Positions 1-9,169 of a stretch of 64,000 bases of DNA are shown here, in pieces (positions within the stretch are counted from its first letter, which is position 1; each line of letters begins with the position of its first letter). The position numbers were made by a program, and so were the translations under genes. The DNA lies in assembly GCF_023055435.1 (NCBI RefSeq), contig NW_025963924.1, positions 5,270,001-5,334,000 of the forward strand, written 5' to 3'. The stretch is from Haliotis rufescens. Lineage: Eukaryota. The notes under the pieces were generated by a model that saw only the letters and a list, made by a program, of their open reading frames with translations, had not been told where the DNA came from and made no database searches.

Positions 1-584
1 ACATGTACTACAATATAGAAAACCAAACTTTACTTGTTTGAAAAATACACTAAAATATTGGTGTCACGGGAACTTTTGTTGTTGAGCATATTTTAAGTCA
101 ATATTTCGCCAATGTGAAGTGAGAATCACAGAATAAGTCAAATTGTCAAACATTGGGCGTAATATACCAAACAAAAAGTGAATTAATTCAAATATTACGA
201 CAGGTTGCACATTGCTTCCGGCAAAAGCGAATGTGGGAACTACCGTAAACTATGACGTCATCGTAACCTCGTGTATGACATCAATGGAATGTCGCTGAAC
301 ATTAGGAATTGAATGAAATACGAAAATGGGAACGTTCTTATCCATTTGCTACGATATAAGCACACTATGGGGAATGCACCTTATTATACCCTGGGTTTAG
401 TTGCTGATTTCGCCTCTCTTTATTGCGTTTCATTTAACCAAATGTAAGCCCATGGCTTAAACACGAAAAAGGACAAAATCATGAAAGGAAAAATGAATAA
501 CCCAAGTTTACTGAAGCAATGTTCACAAATGGAATGAGAGAGCAACTCTTTAACATCAGACATGATTTTCTTCTTCAATTTTAA

Positions 585-958
585 GACCGCCTACGTGGTC
601 TTGTGGTAGAGCGTCCGCCCGGAAAGCGGAAGGTCCGGGGTTCGATCCCCGGCCGCGTCATACCAAAAGACGTTAAAAGATGGTACTTGTTGTTACCCTG
701 TCTGGCGCTGGGCATTAAGGTGCTAAAACAATGACTGGTCGGCTCCGAGTCAGTATACTGTGTCTGAGTGGGGTATTCATGTTAAACTGCGGCATGGTAT
801 CTTAGTGAGCTAGTACTATAAATCGGCATCAGTCCGGACTAGTACAAGCAACCACACACACACGTGCATGCACGTCGCTACATAAGCGCAATAATCTTGG
901 ACGCGACGTTAAACCCAATTTCACCTCACCTCACCTCACCTCACCTCATCTCACCTCC
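585..958 (+). mobile_element. tRNA-derived SINE, family A, full-length with (CACCT)n tail
   Basis: A-box/B-box-like head (gtggtagagcg...ggttcgatccc), same head at 2801 and 3202, ends in a cacct simple-repeat tail. Confidence 0.85.
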
Positions 959-1002
959 TAAAAATTATCAGGAGTCAAGAACACATACAAACTTAAATTG
1001 AC

Positions 1003-1266
1003 AGGTGGCCCAGTCGTCTAAGGCACCGCGATTCGCCGTGCCTTCGATTCGCCAGAAACCTATGATTCTGGATTCGAATCCCGGTTCGCCCCGATTATGT
1101 TTCTATGTGTGTCAGCACCATACCCGTGCTCGTGGGTTTCACCAAAGTGGTAAACGTCTGGAACCTACATCATTTCGGGCTTACCTCACACATTAATGTG
1201 ACACGCCGCTATATAACTGGAATACTGTAAAAAGCGGCGTTAAACCCAACTCGCTCACTCACTCAC
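1003..1266 (+). mobile_element. tRNA-derived SINE, family B, (ACTC)n tail
   Basis: tRNA-like head (gtggcccagtcgtctaaggc...gattcgaatccc), tail gcggcgttaaacccaactc(actc)n; inverted homologue at 1875-2156. Confidence 0.8.
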
Positions 1267-1752
1267 TTAATCCGGACGATTTCGGACGAAGGATTTATGA
1301 CGTTGAGCTCGTTGTGGTCTCGAGCAGATTGTGTTGCACGTGCGAACATGACACGGCGTTGGTCGAGTCTACTTCTGTACAGGGGAACAAGGATATGAAG
1401 TAAGCTGTTTAACACGATATCTGTCGTTCTTTCTCAAGTATTTTGACATTTTTGTCGTTGTTTATCATCTAGATAACACACATTTCGGTTATACTTGTAC
1501 TAGTAAACGCTCGAGAGGAGGAATAAAGTCTTTCTTCCTCTCGCCTCTCTCCTCTCTCCCCTGGGGTCCGAGTCCCATAACCAACTGGTCACGTTATCAA
1601 CACTGGTTGCATTGCCTCGAAATACCAGTGGATAATGTGCCCAGCTTGCGTTATTATTGCACATATCCCACACAGATTCGCTGACACTGGTTTCCAAACA
1701 TTCAGACAATTTGTGCCTAATATATTAATTTTGCAGATGTGACCTTTTCCAG

Positions 1753-1851
1753 ATTGTAAAGGCATGGCGTGTCTCAATGGAGGGACTCTCGACGGAAACA
1801 CCTGCTCCTGCACGTGCCCTGACACGTGGGAGGGAAACACGTGCAGTAAAA
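1753..1851 (+). CDS. Internal exon encoding an EGF-like module (CKGMACLNGGTLDGNTCSCTCPDTWEGNTC) of a cysteine-rich protein gene
   Basis: ttttccag acceptor, gtatgt donor, 99 nt phase 1-1, CLNGG...CxC...WxGxxC pattern; phase-compatible with the exon at 2946. Confidence 0.8.
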
Positions 1852-1874
1852 GTATGTTGAAAACAAAGCAAGAG

Positions 1875-2156
1875 TGGGTGAGTGAGTGAGTTGGGTTTAA
1901 CGCCGCTTTGAACAGTGTTCCAGTTATATCACGGCATGTCAGCTTAATTTGGGAGGAAAGCCCGAAACGATGCAGGTCTCAGACGTTTACCACTTCGGTG
2001 AAACCCACGAGCACGGGTATGATGCTGACAAACCTAGAAACATAATCGGGTCGAACCGGGATTCGAATCCACAATCATAGGTTTCTGGCGTGCCCAAGGG
2101 ACGCAACTCTGCACAGCGAACCGCGGCGCCTTAGACGAATGGCCACCCGTGCCCCC
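1875..2156 (-). mobile_element. tRNA-derived SINE, family B, reverse strand, with 16-bp target-site duplication
   Basis: Reverse-complement homologue of 1003-1266; direct repeat gaaaacaaagcaagag at 1859-1874 and 2157-2172. Confidence 0.85.
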
Positions 2157-2211
2157 GAAAACAAAGCAAGAGAATGAGTTTATTGATAGGCATTACTTAG
2201 AAGTTGACGCA

Positions 2212-2410
2212 TGACAAAGTAGACACAATTTATGGATAACAACTTCTTTAATACTGTTAATCGTCTACTGTTAATCCTCCACCTACTATATATGTTCTGT
2301 ACAATATTCCTCATTCAGCCTTGCTTGTCAACGGTATAAGGATCTATACCGAAACGTCGCCTTTACGGCATTAAAGAAGTTGTTATCCATAAATTGTGTC
2401 TACTTTGTCA
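2212..2410. mobile_element. Small element with perfect 41-bp inverted repeats; Penelope-like terminal remnant or MITE
   Basis: 2212-2252 is the exact reverse complement of 2370-2410; internal ggtata-aggatc-tatacc stem followed by gaaacgtcg. Confidence 0.65.
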
Positions 2411-2800
2411 AAGCAAGAGAATATAAAAAAAAGTAAAAAGTAACTGACTGCATGAGAACAATATATACCATTATTTTAATATTCCTTAAGCATTAAGCAA
2501 ACATAAGTTTGCATTCAAATAATTAAACATTCTTTTGGCGAGTTGAATTAAAATTTTTATCCACTTAGAAAATATTTGTCTTCGCTTAATTTTCGGAATA
2601 CTTTCAGCACAATTTCGACAAGCGATGGCAGCGACCACGTTTTCGAAACACTGGTATTGATTTTGTGAAACGTTCTCTGATTGTACTAATGATGTGTGAG
2701 ATAGTTCATTCATATTTTAGCACAGAAAAGTAGGCTTGAAATGGATAGGGTGAAAACTAGGCTTCGCTATTGGGTAGTGAACAGGCTTAGTTCAGGAAGA

Positions 2801-2863
2801 GACCGCCTCCGTGGTCTAGTGGTAGAGCGTCCGCCCGGAGAGCGGAAGGTCCGGGGTTCGATT
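2801..2863 (+). mobile_element. 5' fragment of SINE family A
   Basis: Matches the tRNA-like head at 3202 up to ggttcgat, then stops. Confidence 0.75.
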
Positions 2864-2945
2864 CAACTCACTCTGTCTTTTCATTTTCGTATTTGATAAA
2901 AGGTAAGTTATACTTTTCACAATGATCTTTTTTTATATTTTCCAG

Positions 2946-3052
2946 AAAAATGTAAAGTGGACCTGGGCCGGTGTGACAGTGTACCGTTAGCACATTGTGA
3001 TTATGCACCCATCGTGAGACGTTTCTGTCCAAGAAAATGTGGCCTGTGCTGA
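2946..3052 (+). CDS. Terminal exon encoding a ShK toxin (ShKT)-like domain (CKVDLGRCDSVPLAHCDYAPIVRRFCPRKCGLC*)
   Basis: Pyrimidine-rich ttttccag acceptor, phase 1, six cysteines ending CPxxCGLC-stop (TGA 3050-3052); EGF+ShKT C-termini occur in molluscan CAP/CRISP-type secreted proteins; upstream exons not identified here. Confidence 0.8.
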
Positions 3053-3097
3053 AAAGTGGAGGATGCATTTGCTCGGAGATGTGCCCGTTAAGCGCCG

Positions 3098-3103
3098 AAT
3101 AAA
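3098..3103 (+). promoter_or_regulatory. Candidate polyadenylation signal of the EGF/ShKT gene
   Basis: AATAAA 45 nt after the stop codon, followed by GT-rich sequence. Confidence 0.55.
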
Positions 3104-3201
3104 AATGTGTATCTTTGTGAGCCTAAAGGTTTTGTATATTGTGGAAATTGCAGTGTATTGATGTGTCCTGGCAGTGTCCGATGCCACTACAACCGGATGA
3201 G

Positions 3202-3470
3202 GACCGCCTCCGTGGTCTAGTGGTAGAGCGTCCGCCCGGAGAGCGGAAGGTCCGGGGTTCGATCCCGGACCGCGTCATACCAAAAGACGTTAAAAGATGG
3301 TACTTGTTGTTTCCCTGTCTGGCGCTCGACATGAAGGGGCTAAAACAAGGACTGGTCGGCATCAGTCCGGACTAGTACAAGCAGCCACACAAACACACAC
3401 AAACGTACATACACGTCGCTATATAAGTGCAATAACCTTGGACGCGACGTTAAACCCCATTTCACCTCAT
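3202..3470 (+). mobile_element. SINE family A with internal deletion
   Basis: Colinear with 585-958 but lacks the central part between gactggtcggc and atcagtccggac. Confidence 0.85.
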
Positions 3471-3879
3471 CTGTTTTGCTGGTTGTGCACGCTTATGAAT
3501 GTAGGTCACAACCCGATGAGATAAAAGCGACGAAATCCTTTCCATAATCATATATTAATTAATGTCTCATTATACGATTCCTACTTTATGACGTGTTTAT
3601 GAATCACTATCAAATAGTGATGATACCCAGTTTTCACGAAAATATGAGCGTATATCCTGCCCCACTGCAGCTGGTGGAATCCGTCACAATCACATGCAAA
3701 GGAAATTCAATTATTCACCTGAAAAAAACCATGGTGACATGTAGTACAAGTCTAATTGCATCGGATATCATTTTTTAAACTGATGCGTCATATTTGGGAT
3801 GTCCTCCCCATGTCAACGAATAAACGTTTTGAAAGCTTAACAAATTTCAGCCTTGAATGGTGTTACTCTGATCGAACAA

Positions 3880-3956
3880 ACCCGTGAAGATCCGGGTTAG
3901 AATAGGTCTTCAGCAACCCATGCTTGTCGTAAAAGGCGACTTACGGGATCGGGTGG
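3880..3956 (+). mobile_element. 5' fragment of interspersed repeat/SINE family C, truncated at the array boundary
   Basis: acccgtgaagatccgggttagaataggtcttcagcaaccc...gggatcgggtgg matches reverse-strand copies at 60745-60968 and 63113-63306, which continue further. Confidence 0.75.
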
Positions 3957-4513
3957 ATATAGTATCTCCCGCGTCCCTCCTCAGAGAATGGATGTTTAGT
4001 TTTCATCTTAATTTTTCCACATCCTACAAGATGTAGTGTTTTTAATGATATATGACCGGATATCGCTGTCAAGCCCTACAGGACTTACAGATCGCGGAAC
4101 ACCAAGGGTCAAATACTTCCACCATAAAATTAAACACGCAAAATCGGCAACCATCTTGCAAGAATTGCGACTTTTAGTATCTCCCGCCCCGCCCCCCCCC
4201 CCCCCCCCCCCCCCCCCCTCGCAGACGGGATATCTATCTATGGATGTAATTTTGTCATATACTTGAGGATATAATCTTTTTAATGATATATAGCACGACA
4301 TCATCGACCAAATCGTACATCAGTTATAAATAGCTGAACATATAGGTTTCAGACACTTGAAAATTGACTGATATAGTCGGCAACTGTAAAGAATTGAGAC
4401 TTTTAGTATCTCCCGACCCCAGATACTTGCACACGTGAAATTTGACTGAAAAAATGTGACTGTGTGGGGCAACCATCAAGAATGCTACTCTGAGTATCTC
4501 ATGCAGTATCTCA

Positions 4514-4681
4514 GAGGCAGTCGGGTAGCCTAGTGGTTAAAGCCTTCGCTCGTCATGCTGAAGACCCGGGTTCGATTCTCGACATGGGTACAATGTGTGA
4601 GGCCAATTTCTGGTGTTCCCCGCCGTGATATTGCGGGAATACTGCTAAAAGCGGCGTAAAACCCTACTCACTCACTCACTC
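4514..4681 (+). mobile_element. tRNA-derived SINE, family D, upstream of each gene copy
   Basis: tagcctagtggttaaagc...gggttcgattc head and (actc)n tail; other copies at ~10249, 15963, 21651, 27373, 33104, 38807, 44465, 50187, 55970. Confidence 0.85.
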
Positions 4682-4802
4682 ATGTACACCAGCCAGCTCG
4701 CAGTCGGGATATTGATCTATCTTCGTAAATTCCCCACATTCTACCAGACGACAAAATTTACCCTAGTCGAGCTCAGCCTGCGATGACGGACTTTACCGAG
4801 AT

Positions 4803-4862
4803 GTGACGGAATCGCCTCTGTGACGTCATAATGGCAACGCCGCCATTGCTTGCGTAGCAACC
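4803..4862 (+). promoter_or_regulatory. Candidate proximal promoter: CRE (TGACGTCA 4821-4828) overlapping an X-box/RFX-like element, plus YY1-like CGCCATT; present in all ten units
   Basis: Perfect palindromic CRE ~100 bp upstream of the ATG, half-CRE tgacg at 4804, gtcataatggcaac 4825-4838, tagcaac half-site; further gttgctagg and cgccatttt at 5054-5072 in intron 1. Confidence 0.5.
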
Positions 4863-4925
4863 AGATTTACATTTGGTCAAGTCTGATAGCTCTGCCAAAA
4901 TTGTCTTTTTCCTTTTTTTACAAGC

Positions 4926-6867
4926 ATGAATGAGATTCACCTTCCAGATTTCCATCATCTTCAGAACGAGGGGGAACTGTAAGTAGATTTTTTTAATTCT
5001 TATATTGTACGTAGCGTGATGGAATCTCCAAATTAAATGTAACGGACGTTCTCGTTGCTAGGTCGCCATTTTGGACCCTGATTTCAAAGGGTATACCGAA
5101 GTGCATATGCCAATTTCAGCGATCCCTCAAACAAAATTGCCCCATGCCGTTCCCGTTTTCAGACAGTATTAAGTATATTGGAAATCGCCGACAATATCAT
5201 AGTGTGGCACGAGGTCATATAATACATTTTCGCCCCAAAACATGCCAATCCTGAGGACCACAATTCGCGCTACTTTAGGCTAAATTTCCCCTGTCTTTTG
5301 CCAGTTTACAAAGAGTTGTTACTGTCTGTTTACAGCATCAACCCTTCTCGTTTCTGGTTTGAACTAATCACTTCCCGGATCGACATCAATCATTCGTACG
5401 CCGAGAGGCTGCTCAGCTGGTGTGAAGATTGTAAAGGCAAGCTTGACACTGTCAGTCAAGACGGTAAGCATGCGATTACTTATTTAGATTAACCCTTTGA
5501 CTTTAAAGTTCCTGTAATGTTGCTTTTAGCTATCATTTTGGTCTATTATCGACTTTGTTGAATGTCTGCATCGCGTTTTGGCTAATACTTTTGCGTTTTT
5601 GGTTTTTAGCATGTTCCGAGAGTTATGAGATTCGTCATCTTCTGGACTGCTACCTGAAATCGTCCGAACAGGAGGCTAACCATATTCTCACCGTGTCACG
5701 TGATCTTACCGGCCAGAACGGATCCATCCGATCTCTAAAAAAGTGAGAAAACTTATTGCATCTGTCGATGGTACTCCCGTGTGACTTCTGACTGTCTCGT
5801 TTTGAGTGAATGATTTATAAAATGGACAGTAAGGTATTCATGGTTGTTGGTGGTTATGTTTTCAGACTGACGTCTACTAACAGGAGAGGCGTGTCATCTG
5901 AGCACAAGGACCTGAGCCGGGAACTTCTGTCCCTGACTGAGAGACACATGGTGTGCCTCAAACATCTCCAGGACGTGAAGGAGGTAAGTTGTTGTGGCGA
6001 CTGCCTTCAGGATGAAGCGTTAATCATAATTTGTTTTGTATTCTCAATGCCATACACATAATCGTATGTTCATCAAAGTAGAATACAACAAGTTGGATGT
6101 TTTCTCCTTCTTGGCAGAACGGAATAATGGCCATGACTGCCTCTCACAATTATGAACGGAGAATAAGCGAGTTGAAGGCTGAGCTGGAGAAGGTGGGGGA
6201 GAAGTCTAAGAGATCCCGGCCCAGCATGGTAGAGAAGAAAGTTCGGACTCTGGAGTCCAAGCTGTTTAAATACGACCAGAAGAAGAGGACCCACAGAATC
6301 CATTACGAACGGCTATTGAAGGAGGAGAGTGAGCTTGTGAACAAGCTGAGAAAGGTGTGCATTTGAAAATAGGGGAGCTTACTTCTGTGTCTCCTGCCAT
6401 TCCTACCCATTCTTGTGTTTGGTTCCTCTGTGTTAGAACTCTTTATCTTAATCTTGATTAACCTTCTTTCTCTATTTAAGTTAACTCTTCCCCTTACCGA
6501 CACAAACAAACCCAAAACTACACAATGACATGCAAAACACAAATATCCGCTCTTGTTCATGTCTGTCTTTCGATATCTTGCCCTCATCTGTTTTCGTGCA
6601 TGTTTCTGTCATTCTCCTGTTACTTTTTGTTTTTCCTTCTGTCATTTCTCTATCAATTCCCTGTTTTGTTTGTCCCCTCTCTCCGCCCACCCAGACCTCT
6701 GACCATGCATGTCAAGAAGCATGTGCCCTGCAGAAGAGTCAGTTGGAGTCCTTGGTCTCCAGTCTCAGAGACTTTGTTGTCAAGACGTGCTCGTCTGACA
6801 ACGCTGACAGGTACAGCAGTAGCATTGGCTTAACTGTGTCACGGTGTATTGTTCTGAAGTTCTGATG

Positions 6868-6918
<51 letters not shown>

Positions 6919-8031
6919 GTTTATAAGAGAGCTACAATCGTCGCATCAGTGTGTTATACGCAGTTTTATCCTTTCTGATTATATTTTAAGTTAATCTTAA
7001 GGTCAGCTGTATTCCCTTTGCATAGCTTTGTTAGCTATCCTCTGTTTTGTTTGAAAAATGATAGGATTTTCTGTTGCTGCAGGACCAACTTCCTAAAGTC
7101 AGCTATAGATGACATAGCTGTCGATGACATTGTCAATGCCACCTGTGATGTGACCTCACGGAAATATGTCTTCCCGGATGTTCAGGGTTGGCATCAGAAA
7201 TTTGGCTTCTTGGAGAAAATTCCAACCTCGTTTATCCGAGCATCTGATGTGGTCATTAGACGAGATCTGAAGAAAGGCCTGACTGAGGAGAACTGCCTGG
7301 CACAAGAAGTCATGTCAGCCATGGGCCAGCCAGTTCACAGGCGCAGATGCTGGATCTCGAAGTCTAGGACCAAGAATGGTGACGACGGTGACATCAATAA
7401 CAATGAGACTGTTGCTGGTAAATAGAGCCTTACGTTATATCCCTCTCTGTGATAATGCTTTGTGTTGCCCGAAACTGTGGCTTGTGCAAACAATGTGGTA
7501 GAGTTCAATTAATAGGATGTATTGGAAGATGTAGACCTTCATCAAATGCCCGTGTCGTTCTTCAGCTGCAGTGGAGGACGACATTAAATACATGGAGGAC
7601 GTTTATGTGCGAGTTGTCCGCCCCTTCAAGCCCACCCACCCTGAGCACCTCCAGCTGAATCTAGGTGAGTGTTCCCACCCAGCAGTGCCTGCAACACTCA
7701 TGGGTCGGATGTAGGAGCGCCTATAGTTGCACATGGATGACCTTGCATGGATGCTGCATGTGTGAGGTTAAGCCTAAGTGGTCCTACTCTTTATGAGCAG
7801 AAGTAGAGCGAATGATTACTGGAAAAATGTTGATGATATTTGTATTTTTTTATACTTGTGTGGTTCTCTTGGGTTATGGTGTTACTTTTGTTTCTTGCAG
7901 GCATGCGCATCAAGCAAAAGTTCCCAATGGATGTGAGGGGCATGTCCTTTGGGTGGTGCCGGAGTGGGCTTGTCGGCCGTAACAAACAGTATGGCTTCTA
8001 CCCTGCTGACCACGTGATTCTGGAGACATAG
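4926..8031 (+). CDS. Divergent PACSIN/syndapin-like F-BAR + SH3 protein, copy 1 (9 coding exons, 449 aa)
   Basis: Exons 4926-4978, 5336-5463, 5610-5742, 5866-5983, 6118-6354, 6695-6810, 7083-7417, 7566-7664, 7901-8031; all GT-AG, phases join into 1350 nt with no internal stop. ELITSRIDINHSYAERLLSW resembles the FCH motif ERARIEKAYAQQLTEW; C-terminal VRVVRPF...HLQLNLG...GFYPADHV resembles the PACSIN SH3 (GLYPANYV). Exon 1 is the least certain exon. Confidence 0.85.
6870..6918. repeat. (CT)n microsatellite in intron 6, length differs between copies
   Basis: Directly visible; short in copy 6 (~35450), long in copy 9 (~52545). Confidence 0.95.
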
Positions 8032-9169
8032 ACTATTTGTTTCCTCTGCTTTAAACCATAATCCATCTTGACTGTATATATTGTAAAAATGTTTTCATGT
8101 AAATACATATTGATAACTGTGTACACATTTTGTCGGCTTCGTTATTTTGTTCCTTCCTTGGGTCTGACATAGACGAGGAGGCAACATCAGAACTGTAGAG
8201 GCAGGCTGAGAATATCCATCTTGGATGATGAGTGGGCCTCAGAGCACAGTTACCTCCCACCCCACTGAGGTTTACCATGAACCGGAAGGAAATTAAGATA
8301 ATATAGTGCCTTGTTTAAATGGGCTGTTCAGTCCGTGCCAATGTTTTTAGTGTGACTTGGGATAGCTTAAATGTAAGATTAGACATTGTTGTTTGTCGCA
8401 AATCTTTCGTTAGCCACAGCCTTTGCAAGGGTATTGATTCCAGCTTCCCATGACTTGACCCCAAGTTGAAAACCACTATGTGTGTTTCGGCTCGAAATAT
8501 CCGGTGAACATTGTTGACAGTTGTTACTGCCAAATTTGACTGGAGTAGCCAGGCCGATACGTTGCGTTATAAGTGACAAGTGGCAGGTTGGTCAGCATGC
8601 AACAGGAGAACAGCCCACAACCGATATTAATTAGGGTGGGCTGTTATGTCATTGTAGATAGCAAAGAAGGAAAATAATTGTGGTCTGAGGCCAGTGTTCT
8701 ACTTCATTTGATCTTGGGGGTCATAGGTGAAAACACAGGGAAGCGGTCGTAAAATGCACGTGGCCGTGGGGGTCGGGTGGACAGCATTAGGCCGAGTCGA
8801 GCAGGTCGGGTGGGTTGATGTACCTTTTAAGTTGTTCCCCTCAACAGTGAAGGTGGGGAGGTGGGCTGTAGCGGGGGGTAGCTGGGTCCACTTGCGTCAC
8901 CCCTGAGTGCAGGGAGGGACAGACGCAGTAGTTCAGAAGAGCAGTGATGGGGCACATCTTCCTCGATCAAGGGACTATTTCAGTAGCAGACGGTACGAGG
9001 CTCGCCGGCCACGTCGATCCTGGACATGCCTATAGAGATATTAAATCAGAACGTGTCGTCTTTACATTGGTTTCTGATTCAATAAGGATGACGAATTATT
9101 GTAATAAAGAACAATCGAGAAAACATTACTGTGTCGAAATTGCAAATCCAAAACCATCTTGAAATGGGA

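Noticed and set aside
1270-1405. Possible further upstream exon of the EGF/ShKT gene ending at gtaagc
   Set aside because: No clear acceptor, no recognisable CAP-domain motifs, and phase could not be supported
4514-4590. tRNA genes (here and at 585, 1003, 2801, 3202 and in each unit)
   Set aside because: A/B boxes are present but I could not form an acceptor stem, and each runs into a shared body and simple-repeat tail; these are SINE heads
4773-4958. Recurrent minus-strand ORFs (MMEIWK..., MDSVGP..., MRARYR..., MLRPTS..., MVNLSG..., MAVTTV...)
   Set aside because: Short, antisense to real exons or in introns and spacer, no recognisable motifs; they recur only because the DNA is duplicated
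6525-6865. Hydrophobic, apparently transmembrane ORFs (also 5555 and 7840 starts)
   Set aside because: Hydrophobic stretches are translated T-rich intron and polypyrimidine tracts upstream of real exons
8944-9162. 72-aa plus-strand spacer ORF (MMGHIFLDQG...) conserved in nine units
   Set aside because: No recognisable domain or convincing splice context; identity is explained by recent duplication
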